Assembly: GCA_965235115.1 (NCBI GenBank)
Contig: OZ249436.1
Coordinates: forward strand, 248,001 to 312,000
Length of the DNA: 64,000 nt
Origin: Laetmonice hystrix
Lineage: Eukaryota
Reading direction: 5' to 3'
Below are positions 37,977 to 51,711 of the stretch, one piece after another (the first letter of the stretch is position 1; each line of letters begins with the position of its first letter). The notes under the pieces are model-generated. The model was given only the letters and a program-made list of their open reading frames with translations. It did no database searches and had not been told where the DNA came from. The position numbers and the translations under genes were made by a program.

Positions 37977-38260
37977 GAATACGCTGCAGAATTTGCGGTT
38001 CAACATTTATTCTTGAAAACAACAATAGTACTCGGCAAAGTAATTTTTCAGACCGTTACTTGTTGAAACAGTGTGTTCTCTTTACTGAGCGATCTTGAGC
38101 TAACCTAATGATGTCGAGAGACACAGCGGCCCAGTTCTGGTACGTTGGTGTGGGCCGTGGGTGAGTGGTCATGGTATGAGTACTGCACGTGTGTGTGTCA
38201 GGACCCGGTATGTTAGCTTTCCATCTCCCGGTAATCGTGGCTCAAAGTCAGGAAGTCCTC

Positions 38261-38480
38261 GGTCCGACTACCTCAGGAGGCTGGTCCGACTACCTCAGGA
38301 GGCTGGTCCGACTACCTCAGGAGGCTGGTCCGACTACCTCAGGAGGCTGGTCCGACTACCTCAGGAGGCTGGTCCGACTACCTCAGGAGGCTGGTCCGAC
38401 TACCTCAGGAGGCTGGTCAGACTACCTCAGGAGGCTGGTCAGACTACCTCAGGAGGCTGGTCAGACTACCTCAGGAGGCT
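38261..38480. repeat. 22-bp VNTR, 10 copies (12 copies in the duplicate at 40583-40846)
   Basis: Unit GGTCMGACTACCTCAGGAGGCT. Confidence 0.95.
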
Positions 38481-40971
38481 GGAGTGGGAGGGGTGGGGGT
38501 GGGAGTACCAGAACACAGCATCCCGTCCTCGGTCAGACTACCTCAGGAGGCTGGAGTGGGAGGGGTGGGGGTGGGTGTACCAGAACACAGCACCCCCCAG
38601 GGTGGGACACAGTGGGGTAATGCTAGCCCACCTGCCCGCCCACCTCCAGTACGGTCCCCCAGGGTGGGACACAGTGGGGTAATGCTAGCCCACCTCCAGT
38701 ACGGTCCCCCAGGGTGGGACACAGTGGGGTAATGCTAGCCCACCTGCCCGCCCACCTCCAGTACGGTCCCCCAGGGTGGGACACAGTGGGGTAATGCTAG
38801 CCCACCTGCCCGCCCACCTCCAGTACGGTCCCCCAGGGTGGGACACAGTGGGGTAATGCTAGCCCACCTCCAGTACGGTCCCCCAGGGTGGGACACAGTG
38901 GGGTAATGCTAGCCCACCTGCCCGCCCACCTCCAGTACGGTCCCCCAGGGTGGGACACAGTGGGGTAATGCTAGCCCACCTGCCCGCCCACCTCCAGGGT
39001 GGGACACAGTGGGGTAATGCTAGCCCACCTGCCCGCCCACCTCCAGGGTGGGACACCGGGGGGTAATGCTAGCCCACCTGCCCGCCCACCTCCAGGGTGG
39101 GACACAGTGGGGTAATGCTAGCCCACCTGCCCGCACACCTCCAGGGTGGGACACAGTGGGGTAATGCTAGCCCACCTGCCCGCCCACCTCCAGGGTGGGA
39201 CACAGGGGGGTAATGCTAGCCCACCTGCCCGCCCACCTCCAGTCCGGTCCTCCAGGGTGGGACACAGTGGGGTAATGCTAGCCCACCTGCCCGCCCACCT
39301 CCAGGGTGGGACACAGGGGGGTAATGCTAGCCCACCTGCCCGCCCACCTCCAGTACGGTACCTCCAGGGTGTGAAGGCCGGCAGGTGTGGTAACGTGACG
39401 CGGTCTGTGGTAAGTAACCGCAGACGGTTGGACCGTCACAGAGTGAACAGTAACTGTAGCTGCTGCCAGACGTTAGGAAACAAATCGGTTGGACCGTCAC
39501 AGAGTGAACAGTAACTGTAGCTGCTGCCAGACGTTAGGAAACAAATCTCCAATTTTTAACTGTGTGCCATCAAAGAAATGAGAACTTCCGTACACCCTCA
39601 GGTGTGGAGGATGACAAAAGAAATCTGACTGTCAAATGTACTCAAAAGTCTAAGGCAGATATTGGTGAGCGTGCTTGATGGACTGTGCCGCACGGAGTGG
39701 GAAAAGATGAAGAGAAAAAGCTCTCTCTGTCTCTCTATCTCTCTCTCTCTCTTGGTACGGTGAGACAACTAACCAGGTATGGCCAGGTATGGCAGCGATC
39801 TTTAGTGTGATTATCCGTTACTGTGATAAGACTACACCAAGTATTCAGGCTCGCACTTTACAGAGTGTAGTTCGTTGTTTTAATGTTCAAGCAGAACTTC
39901 TCATATTCTTAGATAATGATGGTATCACGAGTCCCCGCTTGGGGAACTTTTAACTGGGCAAGTGGGGAGAGGAATACAGATTCAACCACCCCCCGAGCCA
40001 GAAAAGTTGGTTCCCCAGCCCAATGTAACGAACGGTAACTCTGCCGAGGAGGTTCCCCAGCCCAATGTAACGAACGGTAACTCTGCCGAGGAGGTTCCCC
40101 AGCCCAATGTAACGAACGGTAACTCTGCCGAGGAGGTTCCCCAGCCCAATGTAACGAACGGTAACTCTGCCGAGGAGGTTCCCCAGCCCAATGTAACGAA
40201 CGGTAACTCTGCCGAGGAGGTTCCCCAGCCCAATGTAACGAACGGTAACTCTGCCGAGGAGGTTCCCCAGCCCAATGTAACAAACGGTAACTCTGCCAGA
40301 ATACGCTGCAGAATTTGCGGTTCAACATTTATTCTTGAAAACAACAATAGTACTCGGCAAAGTAATTTTTCAGACCGTTACTTGTTGAAACAGTGTGTTC
40401 TCTTTACTGAGCGATCTTGAGCTAACCTAATGATGTCGAGAGACACAGCGGCCCAGTTCTGGTACGTTGGTGTGGGCCGTGGGTGAGTGGTCATGGTATG
40501 AGTACTGCACGTGTGTGTGTCAGGACCTGGTATGTTAGCTTTCCATCTCCCGGTAATCGTGGCTCAAAGTCAGGAAGTCCTCGGTCCGACTACCTCAGGA
40601 GGCTGGTCCGACTACCTCAGGAGGCTGGTCCGACTACCTCAGGAGGCTGGTCCGACTACCTCAGGAGGCTGGTCCGACTACCTCAGGAGGCTGGTCCGAC
40701 TACCTCAGGAGGCTGGTCCGACTACCTCAGGAGGCTGGTCAGACTACCTCAGGAGGCTGGTCAGACTACCTCAGGAGGCTGGTCAGACTACCTCAGGAGG
40801 CTGGTCAGACTACCTCAGGAGGCTGGTCAGACTACCTCAGGAGGCTGGAGTGGGAGGGGTGGGGGTGGGAGTACCAGAACACAGCATCCCGTCCTCGGTC
40901 AGACTACCTCAGGAGGCTGGAGTGGGAGGGGTGGGGGTGGGTGTACCAGAACACAGCACCCCGCGTGCTTA

Positions 40972-43104
40972 TCCTGACACCCAGTCACTGAGAGACGTGC
41001 CCACCCTGACACCCAGTCACTGAGAGACGTGCCCACCCTGACACCCAGTCACTGAGAGACGTGCCCACCCTGACACCTAGTCACTGAGAGACGTGCCCAC
41101 CCTGACACCCAGTCACTGAGAGACGTGCCCACCCTGACACCCAGTCACTGAGAGACGTGCCACCCTAACACCCAGTCACTGAGAGACGTGCCCACCCTGA
41201 CACCCAGTCACTGAGAGACGTGCCCACCCTGACACCCAGTCACTGAGAGACGTGCCCACCCTGACACCCAGTCACTGAGAGACGTGCCACCCTAACACCC
41301 AGTCACTGAGAGACGTGCCCACCCTGACACCCAGTCACTGAGAGACGTGCCCACCCTGACACCCAGTCACTGAGAGACGTGCCCACCCGACACCCAGTCA
41401 CTGAGAGACGTGCCCACCTGACACCCAGTCACTGAGACAGGACTGGACGTGCCCACCCGACACCCAGTCACTGACAGACGTGCCCACCCTGACACCCAGT
41501 CACTGACAGACGTGCCCACCCTGACACCCAGTCACTGACAGACGTGCCCACCCTGACACCCAGTCACTGAGAGACAGGACTGGACGTGCCCACCCTGACA
41601 CCCAGTCACTGACAGACGTGCCCACCCTGACACCCAGTCACTGACAGACGTGCCCACCCTGACACCCAGTCACTGAGAGACGTGCCCACCCTGACACCCA
41701 GTCACTGAGAGACAGGACTGGACGTGCCCACCCTGACACCCAGTCACTGACAGACGTGCCCACCCTGACACCCAGTCACTGACAGACGTGCCCACCCGAC
41801 ACCCAGTCACTGAGAGACGTGCCCACCTGACACCCAGTCACTGAGACAGGACTGGACGTGCCCACCCGACACCCAGTCACTGACAGACGTGCCCACCCTG
41901 ACACCCAGTCACTGACAGACGTGCCCACCCTGACACCCAGTCACTGACAGACGTGCCCACCCTGACACCCAGTCACTGAGAGACAGGACTGGACGTGCCC
42001 ACCCTGACACCCAGTCACTGAGAGACGTGCCCACCCGACACCCAGTCACTGAGAGACGTGCCCACCCTGACACCCAGTCACTGAGAGACGTGCCCACCCT
42101 GACACCCAGTCACTGAGAGACGTGCCCACCCTGACACCCAGTCACTGAGACAGGACTGGACGTGCCCACCCGACACCCAGTCACTGAGAGACGTGCCCAC
42201 CCTGACACCCAGTCACTGAGAGACGTGCCCACCCTGACACCCAGTCACTGAGAGACGTGCCCACCCTGACACCCAGTCACTGAGAGACGTGCCCACCCTG
42301 ACACCCAGTCACTGAGACAGGACTGGACGTGCCCACCCGACACCCAGTCACTGAGACAGGACTGGACGTGCCCACCCTGACACCCAGTCACTGAGAGACG
42401 TGCCCACCCGACACCCAGTCACTGAGAGACGTGCCCACCCGATACCCAGTCACTGAGAGACGTGCCCACCCGACACCCAGTCACTGAGAGACGTGCCCAC
42501 CCTGACACCCAGTCACTGAGAGACGTGCCCACCCTGACACCCAGTCACTGAGAGACGTGCCCACCCTGACACCCAGTCACTGAGAGACGTGCCCACCCTG
42601 ACACCCAGTCACTGAGAGACGTGCCCACCCTGACACCCAGTCACTGAGAGACGTGCCCACCCTGACACCCAGTCACTGAGAGACGTGCCCACCCTGACAC
42701 CCAGTCACTGAGAGACGTGCCCACCCTGACACCCAGTCACTGAGACAGGACTGGACGTGCCACCCTAACACCCAGTCACTGAGAGACGTGCCCACCCTGA
42801 CACCCAGTCACTGAGAGACGTGCCCACCCGACACCCAGTCACTGAGAGACGTGCCCACCCTGACACCCAGTCACTGAGAGACGTGCCCACCCTGACACCC
42901 AGTCACTGAGAGACGTGCCCACCCTGACACCCAGTCACTGAGAGACGTGCCCACCCTGACACCCAGTCACTGAGAGACGTGCCCACCCTGACACCCAGTC
43001 ACTGAGAGACGTGCCCACCCTGACACCCATTCACTGAGAGACGTGCCCACCCTGACACCCAGTCACTGAGAGACGTGCCCACCCTGACACCCAGTCACTG
43101 AGAC
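40972..43104. repeat. 32-bp minisatellite, ~64 copies, with interspersed insertion variants
   Basis: Unit CCCTGACACCCAGTCACTGAGAGACGTGCCCA; occasional AGGACTGGAC insertion. Confidence 0.96.
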
Positions 43105-43810
43105 CCCCTGAGGATGAAAACCACGTCGTTAGGTTTATTACATCTGAGAATAATCTGAGACGTTATAAACTCCCTGATAATATCACTCACATTGTCCGCT
43201 GGTCGGACTGTGCACAGGGGAAAACAATTTCTGAAAAAAACACACTTATGGACAGCGGTACTGTCATAGAGTTTGATTTAATTCCAGGTAACCATTGTCT
43301 CTAATGGATATTGAATGGATTTTTCCCTGGCCAAAATGAATATATTGACCTGGTTAAATCTAGTAGATGGGATTTGACAGATGGTGGCTGGTTTTGATGC
43401 TATTTTTTATTTGGGGCGCAAGAAATTTTTGATGAAAACAGGTATTTTTATTGGCCCGTTTACTGATGGGGTGGGACATGATATATTTGATGTCATAAAA
43501 GTGCCATCTGTCACTTAAAATTTAATGTTTTTAACCATTCTTCTGGCTAGCTGATATTGCTCTGTGAAGATTCCTGGATACTAGGTATTCGCATTGTGTT
43601 TCCATGTAAATGTTGACTTCATGACGGGAGAGAATACTTTGAAGGACAGGTCAAGGTGACCAGCCGGGTCACTGAGACCAGTATTGTTTGGGCCACGGTT
43701 CCCGTACATGCGGGTCACTGGAAGCTCATTGTACAGGCAGCAGGACGTACGTCATTAACGGAGTTAGGGTAGTCTGTGTGCGTGGTCATCCACCCTGTCA
43801 TGGTTACAGG

Positions 43811-43837
43811 GTTGCTAGGTTACGGTTGCCAGGTAAC
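43811..43837. promoter_or_regulatory. Tandem RFX X-box-like motifs
   Basis: GTTGCTAGGTTAC (43811) and GTTGCCAGGTAAC (43825). Confidence 0.35.
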
Positions 43838-44015
43838 ATCTTTAGATGACGATAGGTCTGTGTTTGTGCCTGACTGTGTCCAGATTAGAAGTAGCTCCCT
43901 CATGATAAAATCTCAACGAGGTTTGGTGGTAATGACGACTAAAAATCTATCCCTATTTTGCCCCAATCTTTGGCCCCAAACTCCGACTCTATTTGCCTTG
44001 ATTTCCAAAAGGTAG

Positions 44016-45744
44016 CGTATCTCTATCCTCAGTCAAACGGCTAACTCTCACCCTTACCACCGTATTAACGTATCTCTATCCTCAGTCAAACGGCTAACTC
44101 TCACCCTTACCACCGTATTAACGTATCTCTATCCTCAGTCAAACGGCTAACTCTCACCCTTACCACCGTATTAACGTATCTCTATCCTCAGTCAAACGGC
44201 TAACTCTCACCCTTACCACCGTATTAACGTATCTCTATCCTCAGTCAAACGGCTAACTCTCACCCTTACCACCGTATTAACGTATCTCTATCCTCAGTCA
44301 AACGGCTAACTCTCACCCTTACCACCGTATTAACGTATCTCTATCCTCAGTCAAACGGCTAACTCTCACCCTTACCACCGTATTAACGTATCTCTATCCT
44401 CAGTCAAACGGCTAACTCTCACCCTTACCACCGTATTAACGTATCTCTATCCTCAGTCAAACGGCTAACTCTCACCCTATCACCGTATTAACGTATCTCT
44501 ATCCTCAGTCAAACGGCTAACTCTCACCCTTACCACCGTATTAACGTATCTCTATCCTCAGTCAAACGGCTAACTCTCACCCTTACCACCGTATTAGCGT
44601 ATCTCTATCCTCAGTCAAACGGCTAACTCTCACCCTTACCACCGTATTAACGTATCTCTATCCTCAGTCAAACGGCTAACTCTCACCCTTACCACCGTAT
44701 TAACGTATCTCTATCCTCAGTCAAACGGCTAACTCTCACCCTTACCACCGTATTAACGTATCTCTATCCTCAGTCAAACGGCTAACTCTCACCCTTACCA
44801 CCGTATTAACGTATCTCTATCCTCAAACGGCTAACTCTCACCCTTACCACCGTATTAACGTATCTCTATCCTCAGTCAAACGGCTAACTCTCACCCTTAC
44901 CACCGTATTAACGTATCTCTATCCTCAGTCAAACGGCTAACTCTCACCCTTACCACCGTATTAACGTATCTCTATCCTCAGTCAAACGGCTAACTCTCAC
45001 CCTTACCACCGTATTAACGTATCTCTATCCTCAGTCAAACGGCTAACTGTCACCCTTACCACCGTATTAACGTATCTCTATCCTCAGTCAAACGGCTAAC
45101 TCTCACCCTTACCACCGTATTAACGTATCTCTATCCTCAAACGGCTAACTCTCACCCTTACCACCGTATTAACGTATCTCTATCCTCAAACGGCTAACTC
45201 TCACCCTTACCACCGTATTAACGTATCTCTATCCTCAGTCAAACGGCTAACTCTCACCCTTACCACCGTATTAACGTATCTCTATCCTCAGTCAAACGGC
45301 TAACTCTCACCCTTACCACCGTATTAACGTATCTCTATCCTCAGTCAAACGGCTAACTCTCACCCTTACCACCGTATTAACGTATCTCTATCCTCAAACG
45401 GCTAACTCTCACCCTTACCACCGTATTAACGTATCTCTATCCTCAGTCAAACGGCTAACTCTCACCCTTACCACCGTATTAACGTATCTCTATCCTCAGT
45501 CAAACGGCTAACTCTCACCCTTACCACCGTATTAACGTATCTCTATCCTCAGTCAAACGGCTAACTCTCACCCTTACCACCGTATTAACGTATCTCTATC
45601 CTCAGTCAAACGGCTAACTCTCACCCTTACCACCGTATTAACGTATCTCTATCCTCAGTCAAACGGCTAACTCTCACCCTTACCACCGTATTAACGTATC
45701 TCTATCCTCAAACGGCTAACTCTCACCCTTACCACCGTATTAAC
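44016..45744. repeat. 53-bp minisatellite, ~33 copies (some 49 bp)
   Basis: Unit CGTATCTCTATCCTCAGTCAAACGGCTAACTCTCACCCTTACCACCGTATTAA. Confidence 0.97.
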
Positions 45745-46274
45745 ACGTTCAGAAGTCATGTCGGTTCGGTTCACATTGTGAGGATGTAATATTTGTTGAA
45801 TTGAGTCAATGTATGTAAATGTGTTTTAGTTCTTCACTTGTCTGGCCGGAGGGAGCGCTAAAATTCGGAATGATTATGATTGAGGGTCTGGAGAAATGTT
45901 TGAAATCTCGAAACAACTTCTTGTCGAAAGAAAGTAAATAGATGGACATAAATGAATGTGGAGAGAGAAAGGAGAGAATGCTTCCGACTGAATGATAAAT
46001 GCCTTCTTCGTGTTCCTGCTGGGTAATGGAAAAACAGAATGCAGACTTTTCGTCTCAGCGGGCCAAAATTAGCGTTTTTGACAACTTTATGAAAGTTTTG
46101 GTACTCGTAGAAATGACATATGGTTCCGAATGAGCCATGGGTCCGTCAAGTTTTGTTTGTGTAGTTTGAGGATAATGTTTGAAATTGGTCCTGTCTGCCG
46201 ACACGGCGTGCTGGGCTGGTACCAGTAGCGACATCTGCTGGGTGGATGGGAACAGTAATAACTCGCTTACTGTG

Positions 46275-46550
46275 ACGTAGAAACGTCATTCATTATTACA
46301 ATATAGAGATGGGTGAGTATGGAGTGGAGATTACAATAGAGATGGGTGAGTATGGAGTGGAGATTACAATAGAGATGGGTGAGTATGGAGTGGAGATTGG
46401 ACTGGTACGTAGAAACGTCATTCATTATTACAATAGAGATGGGTGAGTATGGAGTGGAGATTGGACTGTTATCGGGTCGGTGTGTGTGGTGGGGTGGTCA
46501 TTCATTATTACAATAGAGATGGGTGAGTATGGAGTGGAGATTTGACTGGT
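46275..46550. repeat. Composite ~33-bp repeat, 5 copies
   Basis: TACAATAGAGATGGGTGAGTATGGAGTGGAGAT with interspersed spacers. Confidence 0.85.
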
Positions 46551-46721
46551 TAGTTATCGGGCCAGTGTGTGTGGTGGGGTGGGGTGTTGTAGGCTTGTGA
46601 AAGGGTAGGTTTAGAGGTGGGTGCAGGGCGGCAGGGGTGGCTAGATGGGGGCGGGAGTGGAGGAACGCTTGGACACGGTACCTGGAGGACGCTGACTCGG
46701 GCCATCCTGGCTGTATATTAA

Positions 46722-46849
46722 GTAACCATGGTTACCGCCCCACTACCTCCTCCCCCGTCTCGCCCTCGTCATCCTCCTTAATTAATAGACATATCAACCA
46801 GACGAGTAACCAGGGGAGGTGGACAAGGGATGCGGTTACCAATGGCAAC
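46722..46849. promoter_or_regulatory. Pair of RFX X-box-like motifs
   Basis: GTAACCATGGTTAC (46722-46735) and GTTACCAATGGCAAC (46835-46849). Confidence 0.35.
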
Positions 46850-46969
46850 CGGGTGCCAGAAACCGGCTGCTACCACCCCCACCCCACCCCCGGCCTCTCA
46901 CCTGGCTGTGGCCCCGGTTGGGGTCGCCCGTTCACCGTGAGGCCTGCAGGCGGTCCACCAGGCCGGCCA

Positions 46970-47425
46970 TTCAGTCAGTCAGTCAGCCAGTCAGTCACTC
47001 AGCCGGTCAACCAGTCAGTCAGTCACCCGGTCAGCCAGTCAACCAGTCAGTCAGTCAATCAGTCAGTCAACCAGTCAGTCAGTCACCCGGTCAGTCAATC
47101 AACCAGTCAGTCAGTCAATCAGTCAGTCAGTCATTCAATCAGTCAGTCAGTCAATCAGCCAGTCAGTCAATCAGTTAGTCAGTCAGTCAGTCATTCAATT
47201 ATTCAATCAGTCAGTCAATCAATCAGTCAGTCAGTCAATCAGTTAGTCAGTCAGTCAGTCAATCAGCCAGTCAGTCAGTCAATCAGTTAGTCAGTCATTC
47301 AGTCAGTCAGTCAGTCAGTCAGTCAGTCAGTCAGTCATTCAGTCAGTCATTCAGTCAGTCAGTCAGTCAGTCAATCAGCCAGTCAATCAGCCAGTCAGTC
47401 AATCAGTTAGTCAGTCATTCAGTCA
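46970..47425. repeat. Degenerate (TCAG)n microsatellite
   Basis: TCAG/TCAA/CCAG tetramers. Confidence 0.92.
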
Positions 47426-47782
47426 TTTGCAGACCTATTTGTGTCACTTGAAGAGAATTTTTAACACAACATGCTGATTGCATTTCAAAGACAAACGAGC
47501 ACTTCGAATGTCTTCCCCAGTTCAGTTTTCTGTTTTATGATAGAAGATAAGGGATATGGCAGATTTGTGAGAAGGAAATGCCAAAGCAAAATTTGTCACC
47601 AGTGTGTCAGGCGGGCGAATGTCTCTGAGCGATGTTTGAATTATCTCGGGTCGTGGCGTCACGTGACAAAATATCGGAAACGATTTGTATAAATTCAATT
47701 ATTTAAACATTATCGACTTGAATTCATAATGTAACGGATACAATATAGTGGCCGTGAACGTGCTATAAGATGATGTTGTCAT

Positions 47783-48050
47783 GATGAGATGGTACCATCC
47801 TTCCATGTATAAAATATACATCAGTACCCAAGGTCACCTTGAGTAGATCACCAAGGAGACGAGATATATGATACTCGACGTCATAAACAATCAGCGTCAT
47901 AAACAATCATCGCATAATAGTCATATAAAGTTTATCAGATGAGATGGTACCATCCTTCCATGTATAAAATATACATCAGTACCCAAGGTCACCTTGAGTA
48001 GATCACTAAGGAGACGAGAGATATGATACTCGACGTCATAAACAATCAGC
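47783..48050. repeat. ~110-bp direct duplication
   Basis: ATGAGATGGTACCATCC...AAACAATCAGC at ~47783 and ~47939. Confidence 0.9.
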
Positions 48051-48142
48051 TAGATAAAGTTACCGAATTCTCTTCACGATCAAACGCCATAAATTCCTTG
48101 ATATTACATCATGGATCAGTATTTTTTGTCCAGTTAACGGGG

Positions 48143-48266
48143 TGGACCCAGTCTCAAGAAAGTGGTTAAGTTAACTAAGTTGTTAACCAATATTGGTTAA
48201 TTCTCTGTTTCCTGGTTAATCGTTGGTTTCAAAGTCATCTTAACCAACTTAGTTAACTTAGTCACC
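48143..48266. mobile_element. Degenerate palindromic MITE-like element
   Basis: TAAGTTAACTAAGTTG...CAACTTAGTTAACTTA inverted arms; the start GGACCCAGT resembles the 10426 element. Confidence 0.4.
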
Positions 48267-48402
48267 ATGTGGCAGTTATACGGGCGAATTACGAGTGCGA
48301 TTATCAAGCGCCATGGTTGAGTGGACACGGGCGAGTCCCAACGACGACCACCACAGAAGTGGTGGCAACCTCTATTGGGATCGCTCGTGTCGGTATTGGG
48401 AG

Positions 48403-49395
48403 ACAGCCTCGGCTCACCTCGGCTGTCTACCACAGCCTCGGCTCACCTCGGCTCTCTACCACAGCCTCGACTCACCTCGGCTGTCTACCACAGCCTCGAC
48501 TCACCTCGGCTCTCTACCAATACTGCCACTCGCTTGTATACACCTCATCAACCTCGGTGGACCTCAACACTCGGGTTTATACCCTCTTCTTTCGGCCCAC
48601 CTTGGTATGATGTGACACATCGGTGGACATCAACAGCTGGGTTGACACCCTCTTGTCTTGGCCCACCTCGGTATGATGTGACACATCGGTGGACCTCAAC
48701 ACCTGGGTTCGACACCCTCTTGTTTCGGCCCACCTTGGTATGATGTGACACATCGGTGGACCTCAACACCTGGGTTGACACCCTGTTGTCTTGGCCCACC
48801 TCGGTATGATGTGACACATCGGTGGACCTCAACACCTGGGTTGACACCCTGTTGTCTTGGCCCACCTCGGTATGATGTGACACATCGGTGGACCTCAACA
48901 CCTGGGTTGACACCCTCTTGTCTTGGCCCACCTCGGTATGACGTGACACATCGGTGGACCTCAACACCTGGGTTGACACCCTGTTGTCTTGGCCCACCTC
49001 GGTATGATGTGACACATCTGTGGACCTCAACACCTGGGTTGACACCCTCTTGTCTTGGCCCACCTCGGTATGACGTGACACATCTGTGGACCTCAACACT
49101 CGGGTCTACACCCTCTTGTCTTGGCCCACCTCGGTATGACGTGACACATCTGTGGACCTCAACACTCGGGTCTACACCCTCTTGTCTTGGCCCACCTCGG
49201 TATGATGTGACACATCGGTGAACCTCAACACCTGGGTTGACACCCTCTTGTCTTGGCCCACCTCGGTATGATGTGACACATCGGTGGACCTCAACACCTG
49301 GGTTGACACCCTCTTGTCTTGGCCCACCTCGGTATGATGTGACACATCGGTGGACCTCAACACCTGGGTTGACACCCTCTTGTCTTGGCCAACCT
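48403..49395. repeat. 29-bp repeat (x4) followed by a 66-bp minisatellite (~13 copies)
   Basis: 66-bp unit CGGTGGACCTCAACACCTGGGTTGACACCCTCTTGTCTTGGCCCACCTCGGTATGATGTGACACAT. Confidence 0.93.
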
Positions 49396-49419
49396 CGCGT
49401 CACGAGGCGACATGTCGCT

Positions 49420-49699
49420 TTAATCTCAGACGACTGAGAAGCGTACATTGACCACCCCTTGTCACGACTCATATATTAATCTCAGACGACTGAGAAGCAT
49501 ACATTGACCACCCCTTGTCACGACTCATATATTAATCTCAGACGACTGAGAAGCATACATTGACCACCCCTTGTCACGACTCATATATTAATCTCAGACG
49601 ACTGAGAAGCATACATTGACCACCCCTTGTCACGACTCATATATTAATCTCAGACGACTGAGAAGCATACATTGACCACCCCTTGTCACGACTCATATA
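49420..49699. repeat. 56-bp minisatellite, 5 copies
   Basis: Unit TTAATCTCAGACGACTGAGAAGCATACATTGACCACCCCTTGTCACGACTCATATA. Confidence 0.95.
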
Positions 49700-50117
49700 G
49701 CGTAAAATAAACTCGAACTGATACAGCTCACTAGAGGCACTGCTAAATAATGTGCAAGAAATTACCTATTTTTATTCCAACTCAAAGCCGAAAGCGGTCA
49801 AGGTTGATCATTGGCACCACCATGAAAAGGTGGTGGTCACACCGGTCACGGTACTTGACTTTCTATGGCCGGTCGGGGCCACTCGGACGAGTCTAAGATC
49901 GAAATATATTCAACTGGACCAACGAACCCAGCGTCATTTAGGGGTGTTCGCCATTCATTTCCCAGACTGCCAACATGATGACTAAGTGAGATAGACGACG
50001 GCCACCCCTCATGTCTCGAGGCCGAAGCCCGAGGTCTATAACCTGCATGGAGCCACTCGTGGGCCGTGGACTATCCCTCACATACCATGGATTAGTATTT
50101 TTTGTTAAGTCAGGGGT

Positions 50118-50694
50118 CTGTATCTGTAAAGTCATGGGTAGTGTGATGTCTTAATGACCTGTCTAGTTAACAGTCAGGTGTGTGTATCTGTAAAGTCATG
50201 GGTAGTGTGATGTCTTAATGACTGTGTATCTGTAAAGTCATGGGTAGTGTGATGTCTTAATGACTGTGTATCTGTAAAGTCATGGGTAGTGTGATGTCTT
50301 AATGACCTGTCTAGTTAACAGTCAGGTGTGTGTATCTGTAAAGTCATGGGTAGTGTGATGTCTTAATGACCTGTCTAGTTAACAGTCAGGTGTGTGTATC
50401 TGTAAAGTCATGGGTAGTGTGATGTCTTAATGACCTGTCTAGTTAACAGTCAGGTGTGTGTATCTGTAAAGTCATGGGTAGTGTGATGTCTTAATGACCT
50501 GTCTAGTTAACAGTCAGGTGTGTGTATCTGTAAATTCATGGGTAGTGTGATGTCTTAATGACCTGTCTAGTTAACAGTCAGGTGTGTGTATCTGTAAAGT
50601 CATGGGTAGTGTGATGTCTTAATGACCTGTCTAGTTAACAGTCAGGTGTGTGTATCTGTAAAGTCATGGGTAGTGTGATGTCTTAATGACCTGT
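50118..50694. repeat. 64-bp minisatellite with shorter deletion variants, ~10 copies
   Basis: Unit TGTATCTGTAAAGTCATGGGTAGTGTGATGTCTTAATGACCTGTCTAGTTAACAGTCAGGTGTG. Confidence 0.94.
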
Positions 50695-51124
50695 ACGTCC
50701 TGTAGGGGGCGCCAGATGTTGAACCTAAACTCGGTCAGGTAAAACTGGCCGCTTGGATAGCGCGCAGCTCAACCTATCTCGTTATCCGAGTCTGAACTCG
50801 ACACGTGTTATGCATACCATCTCAGTGGTTCCCAAGGCATGTGATGTTTACATTAAGTGATGGTCTGTGTAGAGCTGTGAGGATCTTTCAATTGATGGTG
50901 GCAGTGGCACTGAGGCAGAGAAATCCTCCAAGGGAACAAATCTTTGCAAAGTATGGACCCAATATGAGCTCCCTTAAAATATGATTTCAAGATTTTAATT
51001 CTTCACAAACATTGTTGAAGGAAACTATTTTCATGGCCAGGTCGTATCTTCTTTAATAAAAGTGATAAAGGGAAAAGTTGCCAAAAGACGAGATAAAAAC
51101 ATGACCTTTCTGAGAGTGATTTCT

Positions 51125-51588
51125 CCTCCGTATAAAAAAAGTAATGAAGATGTATAAAGTTTATATGACTGGCCAGTACGTCCACCTTGGCCTCTATATC
51201 TATCCTCCGTATAAATAAGTCATGAAGATGTATAAAGTTTATATGACTGGCCAGTACGTCCACCTTGGCCTCTATATCTATCCTCCGTATAAATAAGTCA
51301 TGAAGATGTATAAAGTTTATATGACTGGCCAGTACGTCCACCTTGGCCTCTATATCTATCCTCCGTATAAATAAGTCATGAAGATGTATAAAGTTTATAT
51401 GACTGGCCAGTACGTCCACCTTGGCCTCTATATCTATCCTCCGTATAAATAAGTCATGAAGATGTATAAAGTTTATATGACTGGCCAGTGCGTCCACCTT
51501 GGCCTCTATATCTATTCTCCGTATAAATAAGTCATGAAGATGTATAAAGTTTATATGACTGGCCAGTGCGTCCACCTTGGCCTCTATA
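51125..51588. repeat. 78-bp minisatellite, ~6 copies
   Basis: 78-bp period (e.g. TCCACCTTGG at 51181 and 51259). Confidence 0.94.
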
Positions 51589-51711
51589 AGCGCCACCGTT
51601 ACGGCCCCACTGGGGAGGATGATTCGTTTCTTGTCCTGGATTACAGGGATTAGAGTCGGATTATTGGATTATTCATTATCCGTAGCTTCTAGTCCACCCG
51701 AGGTCTGAGGG

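Larger units (their letters stand above)
36010..40962. repeat. Local tandem (segmental) duplication, ~2.4-2.6 kb x2
   Basis: Unique sequence 36819-38596 recurs at 39357-40962; 38597-39356 repeats the end of the modular array. Confidence 0.95.

Noticed and set aside
37430..38098. PQPNVTNGNSAEE repeat ORF resembling a surface antigen
   Set aside because: Non-ATG start, open in several frames, coincides with the VNTR; no signal peptide or splice support.
7837..43120. Hammerhead ribozyme / retrozyme cores (CTGANGA at ~7837, ~33526, ~43108)
   Set aside because: No stem II plus correctly placed GAAA by eye; an Infernal/Rfam search would be decisive.
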